Shown here piece by piece: positions 30,378-40,576 of a DNA stretch of 64,000 bases; the first letter of the stretch is position 1, and each line of letters starts with the position of its first letter. The translations under genes and the position numbers were made by a program. Location of the stretch: assembly GCA_963666305.1 (NCBI GenBank), contig OY762722.1, positions 130,037 through 194,036 of the forward strand, written 5' to 3'. The notes beneath the pieces are model-generated. The model ran no database searches. It was not told the DNA's origin and saw only the letters and a program-made list of their open reading frames with translations. The stretch comes from Candidatus Poribacteria bacterium. Its GTDB lineage: Bacteria > Poribacteria > WGA-4E > WGA-3G.

Positions 30378-32276
30378 TTAATGTTGATGGACAGGCGCGG
30401 TTGATTCTTCATCACCGAGTGCCCCGCCATAGGCACCTGACGCGGAACCTGTTAATTGGGTCTGCGAATCTATTAGGAAGTTGCCATGGGTGACAACCAT
30501 ATCACCAAGGGTAAGCCCACTCACAATAGGATAATATCGGCGTTTAGTTTCTGAGTCTTCCGATGTGCCCCAAGTTTCGGGACCCACCTCAACTTCAATC
30601 TGTTCATAACCTGATTCACCGCGATCCACGAAGACTATCTTCCGTAAACCGGTATCAATGACCGCACTCTTTGGGACAGTTAAGACCTCACCTGTCATAA
30701 TAAGTGGCTTCCCATCACCTGGACATAGCCCCGGGACCGTTGCATACGCATCCGGATGGTCAGGGCACTCATACTTGAAAACCAGTGGTGGCTGATCTGC
30801 ACGAAGGGTAGGTGCGGTCATGGAATGATGTGCGTGAGAATGTGCACCAGTTGTTGACTGTTTTTCAACGAGATCCATACCACAGATGGAGCATTCACCG
30901 AACTCATCAGACTGTTCTTCGGGATGCATCGGACAGACCCACATAGATGCTGCCGTCTCTGCGGGTGTAGACATCTCTGCTCTTTCAACGAGATCCATAC
31001 CGCAGATAGAGCATTCACCGAACTCATCAGACTGTTCTTCGGGATGCATCGGACAGACCCATTTCCCCTCCGCTTCAGACGCAGTGACATCGGAATGTGT
31101 CGGTTCCAGATCCATGCCACATATCTCACATTCAGTGGGATGTTCAGACGTAATCCATGGATGCATTGGACACGCATAGGGAGATTTTGAGATGGCACCT
31201 TGGGTATAGATTTCTGCAAGTGTCGGTTTTATTTCGAGGGTCACATACATCCCTGGACGGAGTCGTCCAGTCGGATTGGGAACTTCTATTTGGACTTTCT
31301 GCGTCCGCGTTTGTGTGTCAAAGAACGGATAAATATAGGTGACTTTGCCAGAAAACGCTAACCCTGGCATGGATTGCGTCGTAATTTCAACCGCCTGTCC
31401 CATGTAAATCCACGGCAGTTCATACTCGTAAACGTCCGCCATAATCCATAAACTATTAAGGTCTGCAATGTGGTAAAGATTCATACCCTTGTTCACGTGT
31501 TGACCTTGCGTGACGTTCATGTGAACCACAGTCCCAGCCATCGGTGCGAAGAGCGGTAAGGTCGTACTGATTTCTCCGCGGTTGTGAATATCCTCAATCT
31601 GATTTAAGGTCAATCCATACAATTCAAGTTTGGATTTCGCAGCGACAAGGGTCTGTTCAACCGATCTACGCAGTTCGGCGTATTCCGTGTTTTGAAGTTC
31701 TTCAATACTTTTAAGTGCAGTCAAATACTCTTCTTGGGCTGTGACTAATTCCGGACTGTAGATAGACAAAAGTTCATCACCTTTACGCACTTTGATCCCA
31801 GTAAAATCAATGTGTAAGTTCTCAATCCATCCTGAAATTCGTGTTGAAGCATAAGCCATACGTGTCTCGTTATAATCGAGAACACCGACAGTTCGGATTT
31901 CACGTTCAACTTCGCGGAAGACAACAGGTTCAGTACGCACTGGAATCAGTGCTTTCTGCCGCTCAGTTAATTCCAGTCCTGACCCTTCGTAAATAGGAAT
32001 CAGATCCATCTTACAAACTGGACAACTGCCAGGTTCCGACATTTTGACCGTCGGATGCATAACACAAGTCCAGAAACGAATCTGTTTTCCATCATCAGTA
32101 GACATCGCCATTTCTGCATGACCAGCGTGTTCATCCATGCCTGATGTGTCCTCTGATAGTGTTTCACGTTTTTTACTAACATGATGCTCCATCTCAGTTT
32201 TCTCTTGCTGACTACAGCCGAATACGAAAAGCACAGTAAGCATTAGTGTCGTTGCGAGGCAGAAATTTTTAGGCAT
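30378..32276 (-). CDS. cusB: efflux RND periplasmic adaptor (CusB-like MFP) with multiple heavy-metal-binding domains
   Basis: Lipoprotein signal. Five CP[MD]HP...C.[IV]C.MDL modules are present. The C-terminal region has the MFP beta-barrel/lipoyl pattern. Confidence 0.8.
   Translation of the reverse strand: MPKNFCLATTLMLTVLFVFGCSQQEKTEMEHHVSKKRETLSEDTSGMDEHAGHAEMAMSTDDGKQIRFWTCVMHPTVKMSEPGSCPVCKMDLIPIYEGSGLELTERQKALIPVRTEPVVFREVEREIRTVGVLDYNETRMAYASTRISGWIENLHIDFTGIKVRKGDELLSIYSPELVTAQEEYLTALKSIEELQNTEYAELRRSVEQTLVAAKSKLELYGLTLNQIEDIHNRGEISTTLPLFAPMAGTVVHMNVTQGQHVNKGMNLYHIADLNSLWIMADVYEYELPWIYMGQAVEITTQSMPGLAFSGKVTYIYPFFDTQTRTQKVQIEVPNPTGRLRPGMYVTLEIKPTLAEIYTQGAISKSPYACPMHPWITSEHPTECEICGMDLEPTHSDVTASEAEGKWVCPMHPEEQSDEFGECSICGMDLVERAEMSTPAETAASMWVCPMHPEEQSDEFGECSICGMDLVEKQSTTGAHSHAHHSMTAPTLRADQPPLVFKYECPDHPDAYATVPGLCPGDGKPLIMTGEVLTVPKSAVIDTGLRKIVFVDRGESGYEQIEVEVGPETWGTSEDSETKRRYYPIVSGLTLGDMVVTHGNFLIDSQTQLTGSASGAYGGALGDEESTAPVHQH
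30860..31100 (-). repeat. intragenic 120-bp tandem duplication (2 copies) encoding identical HMBD modules WVCPMHPEEQSDEFGECSICGMDLVE
   Basis: Near-identical DNA copies starting at about 30866 and 30986. Confidence 0.8.
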
Positions 32277-32316
32277 TTTGTGAACTCCTTTTAAGCACCC
32301 CGGCGGGGTGCAATGT

Positions 32317-33921
32317 CTATAGGGGTTGTTTGGGCAATATCATGCCAACTGCTTGTTCCAACTGCGCAAGATGATGGCGATAATCACGCAACGCCTGCTG
32401 CTCTTTAATCCTCAAATTTAATAGAGTGCGTTGGACATCAAGAAAACTCAAAAAGTCAATTTGCGCCGCTTGATAGGCTGTATTCGCGGCATCCAACGCT
32501 TGCTGTGCTTGCGGAAGCAGCGTCTGGCGGTAGAGGCGAATACTCCGATTTGCTGTTTCCATTCCAAAATGATGTTTTTTTACTACAAAATGGATTTTGC
32601 TTTCAAGTTCTTCGATCCGATGCTCCATTGCTTCGATTTTTACATTCACTTCATGGACGTACGAATCTCGGTGGCCGAACCACGCTGTATTTGTTGGATT
32701 TAATGTGCGTTGCGTCATAAAAGTCCCCGGCATTTTTTGTGTGTGTTTCAAGTCTGGCATGCTCCGGTTTTCAAAGTAACTTGCACCGAGGGTCGGGTCA
32801 GGGTATGTCATCTGTTTTGCCATTTCTACAGCCAAGCCCATTTTACTAATTACCAACTTCTGTTTTCGGATTTCTTGACGTTTCTGCGCTGCTAACTCAT
32901 ACAACTCAGCCAAAGTAGATACAACACGTTCCTCTTCAACTGGTACAGGAATTCCTAACGGCAAATCTGCTGAAGCGTTCAATAACGTATTAAGACGCGC
33001 AATGATAGTTTCCCGCTGTTGTTCAAGCGTAATAATCACGTTTGCTAACTTTGATAACTCCACCTGTGCCATAATGACGTTCGAATATTTGCCTTGTCCG
33101 ACGCGAAACTTCACCTGGGCAATAGCAATCATCTGCTGCAGTAATTTCTGATTTTCTTCGTTAATACGGGTCGCCTCAACGACAAAAAGATAATCGTAGT
33201 AAGCTAACTTGATTTCGGTTATCAGATCCCGGAGGGCGATTTCAAACTCCTTTTGGGCAATTAGCACATCTTCAGTAATAATCTGCCCTTTCAACGCTAA
33301 GGTATCTGGAAACGGAAACTCCATTGCCATCATCTCTTTATGGCGCATCGGTCCCACTTTCGTATCAAGTTGTTTCGTGAAAGCGTTATACTGACGTAAC
33401 ACATTTTCTAAGTAGACGGCTTGCGGATACTGCTCCAGGACCGCTCGAATTTTTTCACGGGCAGATTTCAACCCTGGACTCCATTCGTATCCAAGTGCCA
33501 CAAGGAGTTCTAATGCAATAGGTTGCGCAAGCCGGGCTCTTGCTTCTTCAGGTGAAGCTGCCAATTCCCGATGTGTCTTCATGGAGTCTGTCGAAAGATC
33601 GTAAAACAGATTTGGCATCGGCGTATCGCTTTCTAATTGGGCTTTCCACTGTTTCTGGTACTTCAACACCTTCGCTTCAATTTCGCTGAGAAATTGGTCT
33701 GATTCCACAATTGGATCAATTTCAGTCTCAGGCACCTTTTTTTCGACTTCTGTATAATAATATGCCGGTTGTTGTATCTCAGTGCTACGTAATTCTTGGT
33801 ACGTCTCCAGTCGATGGCTGGCACACCCACCTACCAAAACAGTGAGCATTATGAGACCGATTTTACTGAAAACTGATAACCGATAACTATTCAATGTGCG
33901 AATCATCGATCTTCCCTCCAA
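32317..33921 (-). CDS. outer membrane efflux protein (TolC family)
   Basis: 534 aa with a signal peptide and two OEP repeats rich in coiled-coil heptads. Confidence 0.7.
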   Translation of the reverse strand: MEGRSMIRTLNSYRLSVFSKIGLIMLTVLVGGCASHRLETYQELRSTEIQQPAYYYTEVEKKVPETEIDPIVESDQFLSEIEAKVLKYQKQWKAQLESDTPMPNLFYDLSTDSMKTHRELAASPEEARARLAQPIALELLVALGYEWSPGLKSAREKIRAVLEQYPQAVYLENVLRQYNAFTKQLDTKVGPMRHKEMMAMEFPFPDTLALKGQIITEDVLIAQKEFEIALRDLITEIKLAYYDYLFVVEATRINEENQKLLQQMIAIAQVKFRVGQGKYSNVIMAQVELSKLANVIITLEQQRETIIARLNTLLNASADLPLGIPVPVEEERVVSTLAELYELAAQKRQEIRKQKLVISKMGLAVEMAKQMTYPDPTLGASYFENRSMPDLKHTQKMPGTFMTQRTLNPTNTAWFGHRDSYVHEVNVKIEAMEHRIEELESKIHFVVKKHHFGMETANRSIRLYRQTLLPQAQQALDAANTAYQAAQIDFLSFLDVQRTLLNLRIKEQQALRDYRHHLAQLEQAVGMILPKQPL

Positions 33922-35239
33922 CGAGTTTCTCCAACCGAACTACACTCTGTTGGTAATCCGCAATCGCACGCAACCGAGCGAGATTGAAATTTAACCAAAC
34001 GCTCTGCGTCTCAAGAAATCCCGCAATGCTTTTGGGACCTTCCTGATGCCACGTCTCAGCGACCTCAACAGCAGCATCCGCTTGTGGAATAAGCGTGGCT
34101 TCATAGAGTTCGACAAGCCGCCGCGCGTTTTCAAGACGAAAATAAATCTTCCGGAGGGCAACTTTGGTTTCATCCTCCAGAGAGTGCTTGTTCGCCGTGA
34201 CCACCTCACGGTTTTGCTGTGCCTCGCGAATTTTGCTACTATTCTTCAAGCCTGACCACGGAATTGTCACCCCAAAACCGATACTAAACGGGTTTTTACC
34301 ACTGCCGGGTGCGTCTAACATCAAGGCTTCACCCGTTTCTATTGTCATCAAATCAAGCTTAAGCATGGGCTTGGTTTGGAGTTCTGCGAGTGCAATCCGT
34401 TGGGCGGCTTTTTTAACGTTTAACTCCGCAATTCGCAACTCTTGTCGTTTTGATAATGCCTGTTTCTCTATATCAGCCAATCCTACACCAAGCGGCTCGT
34501 ATGGAACAGGCACTGTCTTACCGAGCGACATCGTTGAAGGAGCAGACAGGATTCCCTTGATGTTTGCATGTTCAACGCGCTGTAATTCCGCTAACAGGAC
34601 AAGATCATATTCCAACTGAGCCAGTTGGCTCTGTGCCTTCAACACATCATTGAGTGCGGTTTTCCCTTCGGCATAGCGTGCAGTGGCAATCGTGAGAATA
34701 GAGGCTATCAGTCCATGATTTTGCCGTGTCAGCTCGACCGCCCGTTGAAGATACGCCAATTCATGGTAACTCAGTTTCAGTTCAACAATGAGATCACGTA
34801 TTACCTGCTCATGCTTCACACGCTCAATCTCAATCGCTTTTTTGACAACTTCTCCGGCTGCATCAAGGGTTCCCGGGTATGGAAATGCTTGTGAAAAACT
34901 CACCCGATGGCGTTGGGGTCCAACCCGCGTTTCCACGCTTCGCAAGAAGTAACCGTACATGAACATTGGATCTGGCAATGCTGTCACTTGTGGGTACTGT
35001 TCAATTGTCGCCTGCCACCGTGCCTTCGCCGCACTAACTTTAGGATTCCGTTCAACAGCAACTCGAATTAAACTTGGCAGTTCAAGGGTTTCAGCAAATA
35101 GAGTTGACACATCAATTTGCTCCGGGATTGCTGCTGTCTGAGTCATTCCACGTACTTCCGTTTGCACCAGAATGCTCAATAGCAGCATACCGCCGATAAC
35201 AATTGCTGTCGTTTGATGGAGTAAACTAACTTTACGCAT
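33887..35239 (-). CDS. outer membrane efflux protein (TolC family), second copy
   Basis: 450 aa with a signal peptide and OEP repeat pattern. The gene overlaps the downstream OMF gene. Confidence 0.7.
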   Translation of the reverse strand: MRKVSLLHQTTAIVIGGMLLLSILVQTEVRGMTQTAAIPEQIDVSTLFAETLELPSLIRVAVERNPKVSAAKARWQATIEQYPQVTALPDPMFMYGYFLRSVETRVGPQRHRVSFSQAFPYPGTLDAAGEVVKKAIEIERVKHEQVIRDLIVELKLSYHELAYLQRAVELTRQNHGLIASILTIATARYAEGKTALNDVLKAQSQLAQLEYDLVLLAELQRVEHANIKGILSAPSTMSLGKTVPVPYEPLGVGLADIEKQALSKRQELRIAELNVKKAAQRIALAELQTKPMLKLDLMTIETGEALMLDAPGSGKNPFSIGFGVTIPWSGLKNSSKIREAQQNREVVTANKHSLEDETKVALRKIYFRLENARRLVELYEATLIPQADAAVEVAETWHQEGPKSIAGFLETQSVWLNFNLARLRAIADYQQSVVRLEKLVGGKIDDSHIE

Positions 35240-35373
35240 TATCGTCTCCTTGACAGAATGGGCAATTCAGTCCTCAGAAGAGTAGCCGTCAGCCATCAAA
35301 AAGAGGAATCTGGTTTATCAGAACACCTTTTTTCTGATGGCTTCCGACGGTTTCCGATAGTCAGATAGTCACA

Positions 35374-36012
35374 TTAAAGTGAAACCTTGACAGCTGGGCT
35401 TGTTACGCGAATGCGAACCTCGTGTTCTTCACCGCTTGGCATAGCAATAAATCCTTCGTAGGTCCGCGTCATTTTGCTATATTTCAGTAGTGCCATCTTC
35501 GTTTCCCCATCAGCATTGGTAACCTGAATGGCGAGTTTAACGTCACCTAACGCAATCTCCCCATGATCTTGCGTCGGGTATATACTGAAATAGTGCGTTT
35601 TTCCTTTAATCTCGTCGGCTTTCACCATGCCTTCCATTCCCATGTGAGACATCATCATCTTGTACGCATCTGTAGTTAGCACGTTGAGATCAAAGGTCAA
35701 ATTTCCCACTGAAATTGTCTGGAGGTACTTGTCTGGGTTCGCCTTGAACATTTCTGCCTGCATGTCGTTGCAAAAATAATAGGCTTTTCCGTCCTGTTCG
35801 ACTTTGACCATCGCCGAAGGCTTCATCATCATGCCATTAAATGTACAACGCACTTTTTCACCATCGGCTGCCGCGTGCTCACCGTGGTTATGGGCTTTAT
35901 GCGCTTTGTGTGTATCCTCTGCCCTAAGCGAAAAGATTGAGAATAGCAGCACAGCCAAGACTGCTAAGAAAGAGGCGACGATGCGTCGCGTCATTTTCAT
36001 TTTCATTTTCAT
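35374..36012 (-). CDS. periplasmic YHS-domain copper-binding protein with His- and Met-rich motifs
   Basis: Signal peptide, HKAHKAHNHGEH and MMMSHMGMEGM metal-binding stretches, and a YHS-like region (CTFNGMMMK...YYFCNDMQAEMF). Confidence 0.6.
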   Translation of the reverse strand: MKMKMKMTRRIVASFLAVLAVLLFSIFSLRAEDTHKAHKAHNHGEHAAADGEKVRCTFNGMMMKPSAMVKVEQDGKAYYFCNDMQAEMFKANPDKYLQTISVGNLTFDLNVLTTDAYKMMMSHMGMEGMVKADEIKGKTHYFSIYPTQDHGEIALGDVKLAIQVTNADGETKMALLKYSKMTRTYEGFIAMPSGEEHEVRIRVTSPAVKVSL

Positions 36013-36028
36013 TTTTTTCTCCTTTAAA

Positions 36029-37078
36029 TTAAAATGAATAGGTTGTGGTCAAAGAGACCAAATTGCCAAATTCAATCGCGTCACTTTCATCGTAAAGGGT
36101 TTCCTGCGTCAATGGAAACATAACGTTGACAGACACAAAAATACCGTCCAGTGCCGCCAAGGACATGCCCAGTGCCGCCATACTGTAACGCATCCCTGTG
36201 TTGATATCACGCTCTCCAGCCCAAGAGGCAGAAGTTTGATAAAATCCGAGATAGTTTCCGTTAAATGAAAGCCAATCGGAAAAGCGGTACCTAAAGCCAG
36301 CTGTGTAAGTTAATTCCGTTGAACCTTGATAGGTCTTGCTGTTCTCATAGAACGGAAACGTTCCACGTGCGGAAGCCGTGATATTCAGACCTCGGTAGAG
36401 AGGTAGATTGTACTGCAAGTTGGCAATCGGGTTAAAGGTGCCGGTCCCGAACTGGATATGGAGGTGTTCAATGCCTGCATCTCCGAGTATCCACGGATTT
36501 TCCTCGGTTTTGCCAGTTGGGATTGTTGAACCCAATCGAACAAATAGGAGGTCATCCGTTTTAAAGAATCCATGCATTTTATAGCCCAAAAACATATCCA
36601 AATCCGAAAGTCCGGTATAGGTTTCATCTCGATGATGGATATCCCGACTCCGCAAAATTGCTTGTTCATCTTCAGGACTCACCGGATCAATCCACTCAAT
36701 ACTTGCGTCCTGATTTCTGACTGCATACGGAACGTTTGCCTGCAGTGTCCACTGATCATTCAGCAAGTATTGTAACCCAACATCAACTCGGTAAGTGCTC
36801 AACGCCACATGGTGTCTATGTAAAGGCGCGTCGATAACTTCACCTGTTGGTGAAAGCCCTCTTGATTCAAGATGCCCACCTTGTGCATCTGGGGACACTA
36901 ACATATTGATATTTACTCGAAACTGATCTATCTCTTGTGAAGCCAAACTGACTTCATTCATCAGACCGCTCGGCGGTAAGACGGGATTACTTCAAGCGGG
37001 ACAACTTTCTTGTGCAAATCCGAGCGAGATAAAAACCGAATTAAACAACATCGCGCATAAAAACAGATGCATTTTCAT
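36029..37078 (-). pseudogene. outer-membrane beta-barrel protein whose signal peptide is separated from the barrel by an in-frame TGA
   Basis: A 28-codon ORF, MKMHLFLCAMLFNSVFISLGFAQESCPA (37078-36995), is followed by TGA at 36994-36992. It is in the same frame as the 310-aa barrel ORF (36961-36029, ending ...TTYSF). Confidence 0.5.
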
Positions 37079-37256
37079 AATTGTAATCTCTCTTCTTTGA
37101 AAAGTATGGGAGTACAGCGAGACACGAAATCTCGCGCTACAGGTTTATTACAGTTCCCTTGGCAAACCTTCATGAAAAGAAGCCTTGGAAAGTACTATAA
37201 AAAATAGTGAAATTAAGGAATGGGTGAGTGCTTGAAAAATTCCTGGTGGAATTCAC

Positions 37257-37697
37257 TTAGCACTGCGCAAATGGGGGGCCTCTACGGGATAGAGAATGGT
37301 CGGGGAAAAACGTGGAGGTTAGCGGCGCGGGGGAATTCTTGAACGATTCCCACGGTGTAACAGGTAAAGTTGCTGAGATAGGAAGAATTGAGACAAGAGA
37401 CTGCTCAATCAATTCATTTAATTTCTGTGAGTTGTACCCATCGTCTGGAAGAACAAGTTCTAAATCTTTTGAACAGCACGGATTACTGCTTCCAGATGGA
37501 GTTTCGGCAGTACCCGCCGCGTCTGTTTCGGTAATTTGGCAGCAGGTTGATCGGGTTTCGGTATCTCCGACCAAGACTTTTTGAAGCCCATTGTGGCAGG
37601 ACTTTTGTTCTAAAGTTGCACATAGAAACGGACATACCGAATAAACGTACAAGAGTCCCACAAGTAGAATGAGAATTTGCCGATGTTTTGTTAACAC
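37257..37697 (-). CDS. hypothetical Cys-rich membrane-anchored protein
   Basis: 146-aa ORF with an N-terminal hydrophobic segment and multiple Cys pairs (TCCQ, PCCS). Confidence 0.3.
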   Translation of the reverse strand: MLTKHRQILILLVGLLYVYSVCPFLCATLEQKSCHNGLQKVLVGDTETRSTCCQITETDAAGTAETPSGSSNPCCSKDLELVLPDDGYNSQKLNELIEQSLVSILPISATLPVTPWESFKNSPAPLTSTFFPDHSLSRRGPPFAQC

Positions 37698-38240
37698 TGT
37701 TCAATAAACTCCGCTGTTTCGTCAGAAAGTGGAAACCGAATAAAACACTTTAGGATACTATACACCAAAATTAAAAAAGTTGCAAGAAAAAATGGCTTCC
37801 TCATACGATACACTAAAAACCTGAAAAAGTTGCAAGAAAAAGGCAACCTAAGGAATTTAATTTTAGTGTGCTTTTTTAATCATGAAAAGTTATTGGTCAA
37901 CTTCGCAGGATAAGCCTCGTTTTTTATAGAACTGCTACATAGTTTGAGACCACACCGAAGAAAAATGTTACACTGGTGTAACGCTTTTAAGGAGACACAT
38001 CAATGAAAGCGTTTCATAAGCAGAAACAATTTAGAACCGAGGATTCGGCGACAAGTTCATTCAATACACAATCACAGTTGGATTTTAGTTGCATTTCAGA
38101 TGCAGATGAGATATACTATTTGGCACGCCCCGCTCTTGCACCTGAAGCATCCTGAAGTGTCGCTCTCCGTCTTCTAAGTGAAACAACAGAAGATAGTCGT
38201 ATCATTGTCGCTATAATAAATTACAACGGAGGAAAATCTC

Positions 38241-39200
38241 ATGGCGTATATTAAAATTCCAAAGGGATGGGAAATCTCTGAAAATCAGGCGACATCTGAA
38301 TCAGATTATATCAATCGCCGGAAATTTATCAAAAACTTGGGGATAGCGAGTGCCAGTGCCTTACTCATTCCAAGTTCAAACGCATGCGCCCAGAATAAAG
38401 GGGTTCAAAAGCAGTTAGAACCTTTCCGCGCACAAAAACTTGATGTCGAAAATAATGCAGCCTTTACTGTAAAGAGGCAGATGACCGATGAAATAATCGC
38501 TGCTACCTACAACAATTACTATGAATTTACCAATAGGAAAAGCACTGTTTGGAAAAAGGTGGAAAAATTCAGAACACGTCCATGGGAAGTTGAAATATCG
38601 GGATTAGTCGAAAAGCCAATGACACTGGATGTGGACGACTTAATCAAACAGATGCCGATCGAAGAGCGAATCTACCGACTTCGGTGCGTTGAAGCATGGG
38701 CGATGGTGGTACCGTGGATAGGCTTTCCAATGAAAGCGTTGCTTGAGAAAGTTCAACCGAAGGCTGAAGCCAAATATGTCCGGATGCTTACATTCTTGGA
38801 CCCTGACATGGCACCCGAACAAAACAATGCGCGCTTGCCGTGGCCCTATTTTGAAGGACTAACGCTTGCCGAGGCAATGAACGACTTAACGCTACTCGCT
38901 GTCGGCATCTATGGGCATGTCTTGCCACCGCAGCACGGGGCACCTATTCGGCTCATCGCCCCTTGGAAATATGGATTTAAAAGTATTAAGTCCATCGTCA
39001 GTATTGAGTTGACTGACCAGAAACCACGTACCTTTTGGAATACACTCGCGCCGAGGGAATATGACTTTGAGGCAAACGTCAACCCTAATGTGCCGCATCC
39101 ACGTTGGTCGCAAGCCAAAGAACGAATGATTGGAACGAATGAAAGACACCCAACGAAGATTTACAACGGCTATGGCAGTTATGTCGCACACCTTTATTAA
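38241..39200 (+). CDS. msrP: protein-methionine-sulfoxide reductase catalytic subunit MsrP (molybdopterin, sulfite-oxidase fold)
   Basis: Tat signal RRKFIKNLGIASASALL. Length and the conserved WEVEISGLVEKP...RLRCVEAWAMVVPW segment match YedY/MsrP. Confidence 0.8.
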   Translation: MAYIKIPKGWEISENQATSESDYINRRKFIKNLGIASASALLIPSSNACAQNKGVQKQLEPFRAQKLDVENNAAFTVKRQMTDEIIAATYNNYYEFTNRKSTVWKKVEKFRTRPWEVEISGLVEKPMTLDVDDLIKQMPIEERIYRLRCVEAWAMVVPWIGFPMKALLEKVQPKAEAKYVRMLTFLDPDMAPEQNNARLPWPYFEGLTLAEAMNDLTLLAVGIYGHVLPPQHGAPIRLIAPWKYGFKSIKSIVSIELTDQKPRTFWNTLAPREYDFEANVNPNVPHPRWSQAKERMIGTNERHPTKIYNGYGSYVAHLY

Positions 39201-39249
39201 GGTAAGTTTTCCAAAGCGGCAACGCGACTACCTGAAATAGCAGGGACAG

Positions 39250-40512
39250 ATGGATAAAAAACAGATAGTCACAACAACTTTCCTTGGATTCTTCTGTTCG
39301 GTTTTGCTATTATTCGCCGGATGTGACGAGTTTCGTGCGGACATGTTTGACAAGAAGGAAGTTAAACTTGAAGTTGGTCCCATTGATAACAGTGTCGTCA
39401 CAGCGAATACTAAATTTGGTTTTAACCTGTTCGATGAAATTCGTAAAACTGAGCAGGGCAAGAATATTTTTATCTCACCGCTTAGTATTTCTACTGCCTT
39501 AGCAATGACGCTGAACGGCGCATCCGGTGAAACCGAGCAGGCAATGACCAACACGTTGCAATTGCAAGGGTTAGGCTCCGAATCGATTAACACAGGCTAT
39601 GCCGGATTGCGCCAAATACTTCTGACATCAGATCCGAAAGTGACGCTTACGATTGCGAACTCGCTTTGGGCGCGTCAAGGATTCTCGTTCAAACCAGATT
39701 TCTTGCAGCGAAACACCCAATTTTTCGGAGCGGAGATTTCAACACTGGATTTTGATGCCCCAAGTGCTTCACAAACAATTAATCAGTGGGTAGATACCAA
39801 TACCGACGGCAAAATTCAAAATATCATTGATGATAAAATTGACGCGTCCACGGTGTTGTTCCTGATTAACGCTATCTACTTTAAAGGTACATGGCAGAGA
39901 GAATTCAATCCATCAAGAACACGAGAAGGCCCCTTCCATCTCGCAAATGGTGATGAAAAGCAGATACCGATGATGAGGCAGCAACGTTGGTATCCATACT
40001 ACCGGGGAGAGAATTTTCAAGCAATTAGCCTCGCCTATGGCGATGGGCAGATGAGTATGTATATTTTCCTTCCTGACCCTGAATCCGACCTCAACATTTT
40101 TTTAGAGAACTTAAACGCCGAGGGTTGGGAGAATTGGATGCCACAGTTTCAGGAACGAGACGTTTCCCTTGTTATGCCCAAATTTAAGTTGGAATATGGA
40201 AAGACGCTTAACGATACATTGAAAGCACTCGGTATGGACATCGCATTTGACGCGAACCTTGCAGATTTCAGTCGTATGGCACCTTTAGAGATTTTAGGCG
40301 AAAATTTGTATATCGGAGAAGTGCTCCATAAAACTTTCGTCGAAGTCAACGAAGAAGGTACTGAAGCCACTGCAGCGACCAGTGTTGAGGTCGGTGTGAA
40401 GAGTGTGCCACCACCACCAATTTTTTTTAGTGTAGACCGCCCCTTTTTCTTTGCGATCCGTGATAACAAGACAAAAACGGTGCTATTTATGGGTGTTGTC
40501 GTAGAGCCTTAG
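39250..40512 (+). CDS. serpin (serine protease inhibitor) lipoprotein
   Basis: Lipobox LLFAGC. Serpin core FISPLSISTALAMTLNGA and hinge EEGTEATAAT precede the reactive-centre loop. C-terminal FFFAIRD. Confidence 0.85.
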   Translation: MDKKQIVTTTFLGFFCSVLLLFAGCDEFRADMFDKKEVKLEVGPIDNSVVTANTKFGFNLFDEIRKTEQGKNIFISPLSISTALAMTLNGASGETEQAMTNTLQLQGLGSESINTGYAGLRQILLTSDPKVTLTIANSLWARQGFSFKPDFLQRNTQFFGAEISTLDFDAPSASQTINQWVDTNTDGKIQNIIDDKIDASTVLFLINAIYFKGTWQREFNPSRTREGPFHLANGDEKQIPMMRQQRWYPYYRGENFQAISLAYGDGQMSMYIFLPDPESDLNIFLENLNAEGWENWMPQFQERDVSLVMPKFKLEYGKTLNDTLKALGMDIAFDANLADFSRMAPLEILGENLYIGEVLHKTFVEVNEEGTEATAATSVEVGVKSVPPPPIFFSVDRPFFFAIRDNKTKTVLFMGVVVEP

Positions 40513-40576
40513 GTAAAAGTGTATCATGATTCAGACGAACATGCCATGTGTCCAACAGACCAAGTGGAACTGAACA

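Noticed and set aside
30860-31100. Tandem repeats as a possible CRISPR array or mobile element.
   Set aside because: The repeats are in-frame, protein-coding and contiguous without spacers. The same applies to the repeats at 47150-47310.
36992-36994. TGA as selenocysteine in the outer-membrane barrel gene.
   Set aside because: TGA serves as an ordinary stop for many other genes here, for example 19532. There is no convincing SECIS-sized stem-loop and the protein class is implausible, so this is retained only as a low-probability alternative under the pseudogene finding.
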